64,000 nucleotides of DNA, from NCBI GenBank assembly GCA_963809485.1, contig CAWEJX010000020.1, forward strand, positions 448,001 to 512,000, read 5' to 3'. The notes below the pieces were generated by a model. That model worked only from the letters and a program-made list of their open reading frames with translations. It did no database searches and was not told the origin of the DNA. Position 1 is the first letter of the stretch; every line of letters begins with the position of its first letter. This document shows positions 51,434 through 61,125 of the stretch, in pieces. The DNA comes from an uncultured Acidobacteriota bacterium. GTDB lineage: Bacteria > Acidobacteriota > UBA6911. A program made the translations under genes and the position numbers.

Positions 51434-53029
51434 ATGGGAGCCAAGAGGCAAAAAGCGCATCTTGCAAGAAGAGATTTTCTCAAAACAGCGGCCGCAGGCG
51501 CAGGAGGGGCCGCTTTGGCCGGATTTGGCGCGAGCGAAGCGGGAGCCGTGCAATTCGGCGAGGTTCGGAAATGGGACTACGAGGCGGGAATCGTCGTCCT
51601 GGGAATAGGCGGAGCGGGTCTGGCCACAGCCATAGTTGCCCGTGATCTGGGAACCGATGTCCTCATGCTCGAGAAGGCGAAGGAATCTCACGCCGGGGGC
51701 AACTCCCGAGTCTCGATGCAGGGCTTCTGGTGTCCGCCAGACTATAATCAGGCCGTGATCCATCAAAGGGCGCTCAATGACGGATTTCCGGTACCGGATG
51801 AGGTGATTGAAGCCTATCACCAATACACGACAAAGAACCCCGACTGGCTTAGAAAAATTGGCGCCCAAGTCATACAGCCCGCAAGCGGTAACGCAAGCAG
51901 GGCCTCGTACCCGGAGTTCCCCGGCGCTGAAAGCGCGGCTGTGTGCTTTCTCGACAACGGGAAAGGACAGGCGGGGTCAGGGTTCCAAAGGCTCTGGACG
52001 ATGCTCAGGGACAGCGCCGTGAAGAGGCAAGTCAAAATCATGTATGAAACACCCGGGATTGAATTGATCCAGGATTGCAAAACGAGGGAAATCCGCGGAG
52101 TGGTCGCCGACAGGCAGGGTAAAAGGATATACGTCAAGGCCAAGAAAGCTTTGGTTTTGTGTACCGGAGGATTTGAGAACAACCAGGGGATGATTCGGGA
52201 CTATCTTTCGATGCCGTGCGGATACCCATTTGGCACTCCGTATAACACGGGAGACGGCATAAGAATGGCGATGGCGGTGGGGGCCGACCTTTGGCATATG
52301 GACAGTCAAGCAGGCCCCACTCTCAGCTTCAAACCGCCGGATTTTGATTTTGCATTGGGCGGCGGAGGCGCTCCGCGTAATCGGGGATTTATCTGGGTTG
52401 CCAAGGACGGAACACGCTTCATCAACGAAAACACGCCCAGCAAACACGGCAAGATAGCTTACCATGGCACATACATTCAGCTTCCTACCCCCCTGCCGAT
52501 ACATTCGATTTTTGACGAGGCGGGGAGAAAGAGCGGGCCCCTCTTTACACTCGGCGGCAACATGGGTTGGAATACAATTATCGCGCAATACAAGTGGAGT
52601 GATGACAACAGCGTAGAACTTGCGAAGGGTTGGATCACAAAGGCAGACAGCATACGGGAACTGGCGGCTAAAATAAAAAAGGATCCGGACGCGCTGGAAA
52701 AAACCCTGGCCACCTGGAACAAATCCTGCGCGGCGGGCAACGATTCGGAGTTCGGCAGGCCCAGTGATCGAATAGCTCCAATTCAAATCCCACCCTACTA
52801 TGCCTTGGAGCTTGTTCCTACGTTCACAAACACGCAGGGCGGACCCCGACGCAACAAGAATGCTCAAATATTGGATCCATACGGCAAGCCTATCCCGAGG
52901 CTTTACTCGGCTGGAGAACTGGGTTCCCTATGGAGCTGGAACTACCAGGGCGCCGGCGACTTTGCGGAGTGTCTCGCTTTCGGGCGCATTGCGGGCGAGC
53001 ACGCTGCCGCTGAAAAGCCCTGGTCGTAG
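51434..53029 (+). CDS. Tat-exported FAD-binding oxidoreductase (flavocytochrome c/fumarate reductase/3-ketosteroid dehydrogenase superfamily)
   Basis: ARRDFLK signal, VVLGIGGAG, LCTGGFENN, NTGDGIRMA, NTQGGP and IPRLYSAGE motifs. Confidence 0.88.
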   Translation: MGAKRQKAHLARRDFLKTAAAGAGGAALAGFGASEAGAVQFGEVRKWDYEAGIVVLGIGGAGLATAIVARDLGTDVLMLEKAKESHAGGNSRVSMQGFWCPPDYNQAVIHQRALNDGFPVPDEVIEAYHQYTTKNPDWLRKIGAQVIQPASGNASRASYPEFPGAESAAVCFLDNGKGQAGSGFQRLWTMLRDSAVKRQVKIMYETPGIELIQDCKTREIRGVVADRQGKRIYVKAKKALVLCTGGFENNQGMIRDYLSMPCGYPFGTPYNTGDGIRMAMAVGADLWHMDSQAGPTLSFKPPDFDFALGGGGAPRNRGFIWVAKDGTRFINENTPSKHGKIAYHGTYIQLPTPLPIHSIFDEAGRKSGPLFTLGGNMGWNTIIAQYKWSDDNSVELAKGWITKADSIRELAAKIKKDPDALEKTLATWNKSCAAGNDSEFGRPSDRIAPIQIPPYYALELVPTFTNTQGGPRRNKNAQILDPYGKPIPRLYSAGELGSLWSWNYQGAGDFAECLAFGRIAGEHAAAEKPWS

Positions 53030-53420
53030 GTTCTGGAGGCAATGATTCTACTGGGGTAGCAGACTAATGCATATCCAGTTATTTCAGCAGGCCCCAAGTA
53101 ATAGTATAATAGTATCTCTGTCGGCCATAACACAATATTCTCAGACGCTCGGCTGCGAGCTTGGCTTAAATACTACAGGCGCGTGACAGGGGTTGATTGT
53201 GGCTTTGCCCTGTCGCGCACCCAAAAGAGAAAACGTTAGGAGCAAGCCCTGCCATATGCAGAATGGGATGCATAGCCCGATTCAAGAATTATGTGGCTGT
53301 CTCTGGGGTATTCGATCGCGTGTCCGATGAACCGATGGTGTACCCGACAAAGCGCGAGGATCAACGAATAAGCCGTGATCCCGCGTTTCCTAACTCCAGT
53401 CAAATGGTAAAGGGGACAAC

Positions 53421-54084
53421 ATGAAAAATGAAGAGAAGAAATCCGCGCAAGGGAGCGAAAAAGACGGATTAGGATCCATATCCCGGAGAGTATTCCTGAA
53501 GGATGCCGGGTTCGTGGTTGGCGCTCCCGGCATTGGATCTCTCGCAACGTCCGCTCTGGCCGCAACTCCAGTCGCCGCGGCGGGAGCTGTGGCTGCCACC
53601 CAGCGGGGGGGAGAATCAGACGCAACGGAGGTCGTCGAGCTTACGGTCAATGGGGGCAGATACCGGCTCAATATCGGACCGGCCTGTAGTCTGCGCTCAC
53701 TTCTGCGCGATCAGATTAGGCCTTACCTCTCCAAAGGACTGGTGCGGCGGGCAAGGCGCCTGTGGTTCCTGCACCGTCATTGTGAACGGGAGGCCCGTCC
53801 TGTCGTGCCTGACGCTGGCCAGCGAGTGCAATGGAGCCAAGATAGAGACGGCGGAAGGCATTGCCAAGGCTAAACACCCGATTGTCCAGGCTTATATAAA
53901 CAACAATGCTTTCCAGTGCGGTTACTGCACGCCGGGTTTCGTATGCACAGCCAAGGCGCTGCTGGACAGGAATGGCAAACCTACCGAAGCTGAGGCAAGA
54001 GACGCCCTTGGCGGCAATCTTTGCCGTTGCGGCACCTATCAGCGACATCCTATTGCGGTATTGGAAGCCGCAAAGAGTCTTTAG
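53421..54084 (+). CDS. Tat-signal 2x[2Fe-2S] small subunit of a xanthine dehydrogenase/aldehyde oxidoreductase family enzyme (PaoA-like), one frameshift near 53715
   Basis: SRRVFLK signal in ORF 53421, CGGQGACGSC..SC, QCGYCTPG and NLCRCGTY in ORF 53503-54084. Removing one base gives LRDQLGLTSPK. Confidence 0.82.
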
Positions 54085-54096
54085 AGGAGGAAGAAT

Positions 54097-56493
54097 ATGG
54101 CAGATAACCAGCCGTGGACTTGGGAGATACCGGAAACGGATGAGAGCATTAAACGCAACATGTTCCCCCGACAGGACGGATATGACAGGGTGAGCGGCAA
54201 GGCCGTGTTCACCAGAGATGTCTACCTTCCGGGAATGGTGTATGCGAAAATTCTCACCTCGCCTTATGCTCATGCAAAAATCGTAAAAATGGATACAAGC
54301 CAGGCGGAGGCGCTCATAGGTGTACGGGATATCGTCAAATATGACGACCCGGACGTTGTGGATGAAAACGATACTCAGGTGCAGCAGTACAATAGTCTCA
54401 CCCTTCCCGGCATCAGCGACTTTTACAATCATCCCATGGGAGTTGTGGTGATTGCCGACAGCGAGGAGATATGCGACCGGGCGCTGCGGCTGATCAAGAT
54501 AGAATGGGAGGAGCGGCCGTTCATCCTGAATATGGAGGAATCACTGAAGCCGGATGCCCCAAAGATTTGGACCGAGGCGCTGCGCTTTCAGCCTACGGCC
54601 AAAGAGCCCAACAGGTACATAACGCGTGAACAGGAAGTTGGCGACGTCCAGAAGGGTTTCGCCGAAGCCGATAAGGTGCTGGAGTACACCATAAAGCGGG
54701 CTCCGAACACAACGGCAGGCGTCGAAGCCATCGTCTGTGTGGCCCATTGGAGGGGAGAGTTTCTTGACATTTGGGTGCACCACCAGGGCATCCTGCAATC
54801 GAATCTCAGTTCTCCCAACAATGCAAGAGGTATCGCCGGCAAGCGAAAACCAAATCCTGCTCTAACCCACTGGTCTAAAATAACGCTTACGATGCCCTAT
54901 CAGGGTTCATGGTTCGGCGGAATAAACCACATCGCTTGTTCCGTTTCGCTTATCCGTCTCGGCGCCATCCTGGCCAGGAGGGTCGGGAAACCGTTGAAAC
55001 TGCTGTATGACGAAAGCCAGTTCTATATCAATGGCGAAGAAACCGGCATGTTTAAATGCAAGGTGGGAGCCAAAAAGGACGGCACCATCACCGCCTGTTA
55101 CTGGCACATGATGGGATCGAGGAATCCGGTCTTTGAGAAGACGTATGAATGCACCCGCATACCCAATATCCGAGGAACCCAGGAGACGGCGTTCACTAAT
55201 ATGGGACACATCGTTTGTTTCCGGGACGGCACTTCGGGAAGCATCCCTCATCAGGTTATGATTGACCGGGTAGCGGCTGAATTCGGCCTCGATCCGACCG
55301 AAGTGGCGCTGAAGAACGATGGCTGCCGCGGACACGACTGGGATTGGGTCACCCAATACCAGAAAGACAATGGTTTCCCGCAAAGGTGGAGCCTCAAAGA
55401 GGTCCTTGAAAAGGGCAAGAAAGCCATTGACTGGGACCGGAAATGGCACGCGCCCGGAACCAAAAAGCTTGCCAATGGGAAGATGCACGGTATGGGATTC
55501 ATGTACATTAATCAATGGGCATGCACCACAGGCGGAAGTCTAGCGTCTTTGATGCTTCGCGACGGCAAAGTCGCCATCGTGGGTCTGCGCTGCGATCCGG
55601 GAGTGGATTCGGTATCCGGCTTCCGGCAGTGCGTGGCCGCGGCGATGGGACTGAAATACGAAGATACGGTTATTCACGAGCATCGATCCGACAACAGCAC
55701 GTTCCGTTTTGCCCCGCCGGGTGGTTCCCTGGGCACCATCATGACCGTTCCCCAATTGATAATTGCCGCCAGGGAGCTAAAACAAAGGATCCTGCAAGCT
55801 GCCATAACGTCCCCGCCGGCCGCCATGATGCGTCCTGCGCAGCCCGCTATGTTCCCGGGCAAAAAGACCGAGGATCTCGATATCAAAGACAGCATGGTAT
55901 TCGAGAAGGCAAATCCAGGGAATAAGAAGTCAGTGATCGAGGTGTTCCGCTCCTCGTCGAGCAGCGACAATTCGGGCATCGCTCATCCCGCTGCCGGCCG
56001 GGTATCGGGACTGACTGCGGATGGGAAGCCGGATCCGACGTACTACATTATGAGCCGGCAAGCCCACTTCATAGAGGTAGAGGTGGATACCGAAACCGGG
56101 CAGGTTGACATAACCAATACGGTTTGCGTCAACGACGTGGGTCACTGCTTTAATCCTGAAGGCGTCATGGGACAACAGTATGGCGGCGCCGTGATGGCCT
56201 TCGGCCGAAGCGCAACCGAGGAGAAGGTGTTCTGCCCGAATACCGGAGTGGCGCTCAATTATGATCACATAAACTACCACATTGGAACGATGAATGACTT
56301 TGCGCCCGTCCAATGCATCCTTAACGAGAGTCATTTGGGATATTCGGCGTATGGCGCATTAGGCATGGGTGAAAACGTCGGCGCGAGCCTTTCCGGAATC
56401 ACTTCTTCCGCCATATACAACGCCATAGGCAAATGGGTCCTTGACTTTCCCACCACCCCGGACAAAGTCCTCAAAGCTCTGGGCAAGATATAA
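54097..56493 (+). CDS. Molybdopterin-binding large subunit, xanthine dehydrogenase family
   Basis: DGYDRVSGKA.FTRD, SPYAHAKI, EVEVDTETGQV, GQQYGG, GMGE and AIYNAIG motifs. Confidence 0.9.
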   Translation: MADNQPWTWEIPETDESIKRNMFPRQDGYDRVSGKAVFTRDVYLPGMVYAKILTSPYAHAKIVKMDTSQAEALIGVRDIVKYDDPDVVDENDTQVQQYNSLTLPGISDFYNHPMGVVVIADSEEICDRALRLIKIEWEERPFILNMEESLKPDAPKIWTEALRFQPTAKEPNRYITREQEVGDVQKGFAEADKVLEYTIKRAPNTTAGVEAIVCVAHWRGEFLDIWVHHQGILQSNLSSPNNARGIAGKRKPNPALTHWSKITLTMPYQGSWFGGINHIACSVSLIRLGAILARRVGKPLKLLYDESQFYINGEETGMFKCKVGAKKDGTITACYWHMMGSRNPVFEKTYECTRIPNIRGTQETAFTNMGHIVCFRDGTSGSIPHQVMIDRVAAEFGLDPTEVALKNDGCRGHDWDWVTQYQKDNGFPQRWSLKEVLEKGKKAIDWDRKWHAPGTKKLANGKMHGMGFMYINQWACTTGGSLASLMLRDGKVAIVGLRCDPGVDSVSGFRQCVAAAMGLKYEDTVIHEHRSDNSTFRFAPPGGSLGTIMTVPQLIIAARELKQRILQAAITSPPAAMMRPAQPAMFPGKKTEDLDIKDSMVFEKANPGNKKSVIEVFRSSSSSDNSGIAHPAAGRVSGLTADGKPDPTYYIMSRQAHFIEVEVDTETGQVDITNTVCVNDVGHCFNPEGVMGQQYGGAVMAFGRSATEEKVFCPNTGVALNYDHINYHIGTMNDFAPVQCILNESHLGYSAYGALGMGENVGASLSGITSSAIYNAIGKWVLDFPTTPDKVLKALGKI

Positions 56494-56503
56494 GAGGAGC
56501 ACT

Positions 56504-57466
56504 ATGAAGACATGGAAGAATTTTGCGCATGTAAATGCCAAGACACTCAATGAGGCGGCCGCGCTTATGCAGAAAGGCAACGCCGCAATAATTGCCGGCG
56601 GCACCGATCTGCTGGGCACATTAAGGTTTGAGATTCTCCCTACCCACCCGGAAGTTGTGATTAACCTCAAAAGCATTTCCGGGCTGGACTACATCAAGGA
56701 AGAAGGAGGTCTGCTGAAAATAGGCGCTCTGACGCGGCTGGAAGATATCGCCAGAAGCCCTGTCGTCCGGGCCAGGTACCAGGCGCTGGCCGAGGCGGCT
56801 CACCGGACAGCCTCTCCCCATATCCGGGAAATGGGGACTATCGGCGGCAATATCTGCCAGCTCAACCGCTGCTGGTACTTCCGCAATCCCGACAATCGCT
56901 TCAACTGCATCCGCAAGGGAGGCAAGACCTGCTTTGCCCTGAGCGGCGAGAACCGATACCACTCGATCTTCGGCGCTGTTAAGATGTGTGTAGCGGTAAA
57001 TCCCAGCGACACTGCGCCTGCGCTGGTAGCGCTGAACGCCAGGATAAAGACCAACCGGCGGACTCTCGCTGCCGAACAGTTCTGGGACATGGCTGTGCCG
57101 GGATCAACCGTCCTGGCAGCCGGTGAGATCGTCACGGAAATTCAGGTGCCGGCGTCAGCCGCAGGGGCCAAGAGCGCCTTTATAAAGTTTGCCATTCGCA
57201 AATCGATAGATTTCCCTATTGTCAACTGTGCCGCAGCCATAAGCGGAGAAAATGTTCGGGTATGCCTGAACGCCGTTCACAACAAGCCCTACCGGGCAAT
57301 CAAGGCCGAGGAAGCCATGAAGGGCAAACCCATCAACGAGGCCAATGCCGAAGCCGCCGGCGAGGCCGCCATATCCGGCGCCAAGTCGCTTCCCGGTGAC
57401 AGAAACAAGTGGAAGATCCAGATCGCCAAGGTAATGGTCAAGAGGGCGATCGTCGGATGCTCGTGA
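56504..57466 (+). CDS. FAD-binding medium subunit with [4Fe-4S] insert (PaoB/HcrB-like)
   Basis: IAGGTDL, IREMGTIGGN, RCWYFR..C..GGKTC..CVAVNPSD. Confidence 0.9.
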   Translation: MKTWKNFAHVNAKTLNEAAALMQKGNAAIIAGGTDLLGTLRFEILPTHPEVVINLKSISGLDYIKEEGGLLKIGALTRLEDIARSPVVRARYQALAEAAHRTASPHIREMGTIGGNICQLNRCWYFRNPDNRFNCIRKGGKTCFALSGENRYHSIFGAVKMCVAVNPSDTAPALVALNARIKTNRRTLAAEQFWDMAVPGSTVLAAGEIVTEIQVPASAAGAKSAFIKFAIRKSIDFPIVNCAAAISGENVRVCLNAVHNKPYRAIKAEEAMKGKPINEANAEAAGEAAISGAKSLPGDRNKWKIQIAKVMVKRAIVGCS

Positions 57467-57578
57467 TCGGGTGCTTCTGCCGTCGACTGTTGGCAGCGCG
57501 ACCGTAACTCCCACACATGATATAGTTTGAGACTCAATTCCATGCAATCAGTTCCATCATTGACACGGTTCAAAAACA

Positions 57579-57800
57579 ATGAAGAGTCTCAGCTGCCCAA
57601 ACAGGGAATGTCCACTGGCGGGAAAAGCCGCTTTCGGAAACATCATCGGCCACGGATTCTACAAAACGAAGTGGGGGCGTCGTCGTCGATATCGTTGCGG
57701 CACTTGCGGCAAAACCTTCTGCTCCAATTCCGGCACGCCCTACCATCGACTTCAGCATCGTCGCACAACTTTCGATGAGGTTGCCACTCTCAGCGCTGTG
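57579..57800 (+). mobile_element. IS1-like (InsA-type Zn-ribbon) transposase N-terminal remnant
   Basis: CPNREC..GNIIGHG..RRYRCGTCGKTF..GTP.HRL, truncated. Confidence 0.7.
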
Positions 57801-57883
57801 GGGTACACCTTATGCTTGTTATGATTAAGTGCCGTGCAATCGTGAGGTTTTATAAGGTATAGTTTCAGAAAGGAGACAAGACA

Positions 57884-59611
57884 ATGAAAAGCAGAATATG
57901 CTGGTTTTTGACGGGAGCCTTTTTGGCAATGGTTGTTTTCGTGGGATCTGTGTTTCCGGCGGCTGAAGCCAAGATAACGGTTCTGAATCCGCTAGGCATA
58001 GCCCCTCCGATACGCTTGGTGCCCATGGCGCCGCGTCTCGATTCCCTGGACGGGAAGACGGTATACATCATCAACATAGGTATGGGGAATACGTTCCTGC
58101 CCGGGACTCAGAAGGTGCTTTCCGAGCGGTATCCCAAAACAAACTGGATTTATAAAGACAAGGCTGGCAGTTACTTCGATGACGATCCGAAGCTGTGGGA
58201 AGAGATCAAGGCAAAAGGCCACGCAATGATCGGGGGGGTAGGCCATTGAAGCACGTGCGCACCGGCGGTCGCCGGCCATTGTATTACAGTGGAGAGATTG
58301 GGCATTCCGACAGCTGTCTTGATCACCCAGAGATTTGTAGACATGGTAAAGGGGATTGCTTATAAGAAGGGAATGCCGAACGAGCGATTTATTTACACAC
58401 CTCATCCTGTCGCCACCAGGACGGTGGAGGAGTGCGAGAAATATAATAGGGGCAATGACCCTGTGACCGGTAAGCCCATTGTAGACGAAATTATCGCGGC
58501 GCTGACAAAGCCGCTGAGTGCCGAAGACAAAAAGACGGGATTTGTGACACGGCCGCCGCGGTCTCGGCTTCTGGAGCCCGACACTCCAACGAATCTAGCG
58601 CAGCTTTATTATAAGAATGGATGGACTGACGGGCTTCCCATCGTGCTTCCGACGGAAGAAAGAGTTGCGGAAATGCTTAAGGGAACAAGTCATGATAAGA
58701 ATGAAATCGTGGGGACGATGCGTCCCTCGCCGCCTCACGAGGCCTGGGAGTTTGACGTGGAGATGGTTGCGACAAACGCTGTGATGGCGGGCGCCAAACC
58801 GCAGCACTTGCCGGTAATCCTGGCACTGGCATCAACTGGAACAACCTCCCTCTTCACTTCTACCACCTCCTTCGCCAGGATGGTGGTCGTTAGCGGCCCT
58901 ATACGGGAACAGATCGATATGAACGCCGAGATAGGCGCCATGGGTCCGTGGAACGAATCCAATGCCGTTATTGGAAGGGCGTGGACATTGATTTCCAAAA
59001 ACCTGGGGGGAGGTGGAACTCGGGGCGAAACCTATTTAGGCAGCCAGGGGAACAATCTCAACTATAATAATGTCTGTTTCCCGGAGAGAGAGGATGCGTT
59101 GCCCGCCGGGTGGAATCCTCTCCACGTGCAAAAGGGTTTCAAAGCGGGAGATAGCGTCGTCAGCACGTTCAGCGGTTGGAGCCTTATAAACGGCGGCGGA
59201 TGGATAAGGCCTCGCCATGTGCACATTCAGCAAATGCTGACGGGGTTGTTCCAGAGCGGAGGGAATGGCGGCAGTGCTATGGTTTTGTTGGATCCGATAG
59301 GGGCCAAAGATTGCCATGATGAAGAAGGCTTCGAAACGAAGGAAAAGCTTAGCGAGCATCTTAAAAAGAACGGTACTTCTCCGGCTGCTTCATACTTTAG
59401 GCGCCGCGGCGACGATCTGAAAAAGGCCAAGGAAGGGGTTGAGCCCTTTGCAACCTGGCTGAAATTACCTGAAGGCTCTTTCGTGCCGGTGTCGCCCTTC
59501 GGGCCTAAGAATCCGATCGAGATACTCGTCGTCGGCGGCGCAACGAATGCTTTAATGATGGTTGGAGATTTCAGTTACGTAGCAAGCGCTTCAGTGGACA
59601 AGTGGAGATAG
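57884..59611 (+). CDS. Exported UGSC-family selenoprotein (in-frame TGA read as Sec122, USTC motif), ~575 aa
   Basis: ORFs 57884-58249 and 58289-59611 are in frame and separated only by TGA in GH-U-STC-APAV. SECIS-like hairpin follows. Collinear with two uninterrupted paralogs. Confidence 0.85.
58250..58285 (+). promoter_or_regulatory. Putative bacterial SECIS element
   Basis: CCGGC-GGTC-GCCGG hairpin (58262-58275) whose G-starting loop begins 18 nt after the UGA. Confidence 0.65.
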
Positions 59612-59627
59612 ACACAGAAGTCCGAGG

Positions 59628-59668
59628 ATGGGCAAGGAGCAGGAATGAGGCAATGCCCCTTGCCCATT
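59628..59668 (+). terminator. Terminator-like hairpin
   Basis: ATGGGCAAGGAGCA...TGCCCCTTGCCCAT immediately after the selenoprotein stop codon. Confidence 0.45.
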
Positions 59669-59686
59669 CGTTTATATATACGAATG

Positions 59687-60300
59687 GGGCGTGCGACATA
59701 AATGTGGGTATAAATTAACGATTTCTTTTTATGCCTCCCTATTCTGAATGCTATAATAGCATTCAGAATAGGGAGGCGCTATGGCTGACACCCTCGAAAA
59801 CCTCGAAAACCGAAGAAGTGATCTATACCAGCAAATGATGGCCCTCGGTGACTTTCGACCAGGAACGATCTCCGTCAATTACCGTAAGTGCGGCAAATCA
59901 AAGTGTGCCTGTTCGCAACCGGGACATCCGGGACATGGCCCCCAATACCTTTGGAACACTACGAGCGGAGGAAAAAGCCGCGCGCAAAGTTTGCAGCTTG
60001 GGCCGCAACTGGAGAAAACGCGGATGGAATTGGAGCATCACAATATTTTTCTCTGCCTTTGCAAAGAACTGGTTGAAGTTAATGAAAGGATTTGCAGGCT
60101 ACGGCCCGTTGTCCCGATCAAGGATGAAAAGGAACTCGATGCGCTGAAAAAAAAATTGCAGAGGCAGTTTGCTGGGAAGCTGCGCAGGAAATAGATCGGG
60201 TCGTGCAGCGGGTATTGCGAGATGTCGAACAACGTGGGCATCTCGACCTGGAGGCCAGCGAGATGGCCATTCGCGCCACTTCGCACCGCATAGGCGAATG
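59687..60300 (+). mobile_element. ISKra4-like element remnant: left end, DUF6788 ORF (59781-60194) and the first codons of the transposase
   Basis: End GGGCGTGCGACATAAATGTG; FRPGTI...RKCGKSKCAC..HPGHGP; A-run near 60147, then EIDRVV..LDLEASEMAIR, truncated. Confidence 0.65.
59733..59777. promoter_or_regulatory. Perfect 22-bp inverted repeat covering TATAAT and the RBS of the DUF6788 ORF
   Basis: GCCTCCCTATTCTGAATGCTAT-A-ATAGCATTCAGAATAGGGAGGC, ATG at 59781. Confidence 0.75.
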
Positions 60301-60316
60301 ACGACCGCCGTGTTCC

Positions 60317-60925
60317 TTAACCTCGAAGGTATCTGGTTGCATCTTTTGTAAGTGGGTAGAGCAAGACAGCTTTCCTGGACAAATGGGCTTTGAACTCGCG
60401 ATCCAGTTTGCCGCGGCCTTTGGTGTAGCCGACCAGGAGCCAATTCGCGGCACGGTAACAGGCGCCGGTATACCGCTCGGAATCCACGAAGCTTTCCAGC
60501 AACAGCGGCTGATAGGCGTACAGCCGCTGCCAATCGGCTGCAATTCGTTTCGCGGCAAGCGCCGGCAGCCGTGATGCTAAATTGCGCACGTGGACCCATG
60601 GAAAAATCACAAAACGTATGTTGTTTAGGATATAGCAAAGGTTGCGTTCGCGTTCCTTGCAGTTCCATCCGATCCACCGGTCCCGCGCTTCCACACGCCA
60701 CGCTGCCCCCGCAAAGGAAAGACAGGCGATTGGCTGTCCGGCGCGGATCACAAAATACTTGATGTGCGGCCCGACCGGCACGCCGTATCCCAAGTAGTGG
60801 TAGCGCTCGACATACTCGTTCCACAACTTTTCTTGATCGAGATTGCCTGTTCCACTGACAACCTGGAATGAGGCCGTCGCGATATCTTGCGGACCCAATA
60901 TTGCCAACGGCCTCGGCGCAGATTG
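60317..60925 (-). pseudogene. DUF4338 (DruA-like, IS-associated) domain, 5'-truncated
   Basis: LWNEYVERYHYLG, ARDRWIGW, NNIRF.IFPWV..NLASR, LLESFVD and GACYRAANW..VG.TKGRG motifs. Confidence 0.8.
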
Positions 60926-60929
60926 CTCT

Positions 60930-61125
60930 GTGTGCAGAGAGGATTTTCCCGAAGGAACCACCGCGACGCCTTGCGCCATTCGTGCCCGTATCCCATGGCT
61001 GCGGGATTTGGGCGATTGCGTGAATGTTCCCGGCGCTCTTCCCGCTGATGTAGGCGGCAGCGGCTTTCGCGCGTGAGCGCCGGGCATCCCGGATGATTGC
61101 AGGGATGCGGCGGGGCGAAGGGCAT
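60930..61125 (-). pseudogene. Phage-type HNH endonuclease N-terminal remnant
   Basis: MP.APPHPC.HPGC..L....RC..H...GYGHEWRKAS..FLRENPLC breaks off before the HNH core. Confidence 0.75.

Noticed and set aside
53211-53222. TGTCGCGCACCC as the partner end of the ISKra4-like element at 59687
   Set aside because: Only 12 bp with mismatches, and it faces away from the left end.
53690-53720. Programmed frameshift in the 2Fe-2S subunit
   Set aside because: No slippery heptamer or homopolymer at the site. A single-base insertion (error or mutation) is simpler.
54097-56493. Aerobic CO dehydrogenase (CoxL) or a Sec-containing Mo subunit
   Set aside because: No AYxCSFR motif and no in-frame TGA.
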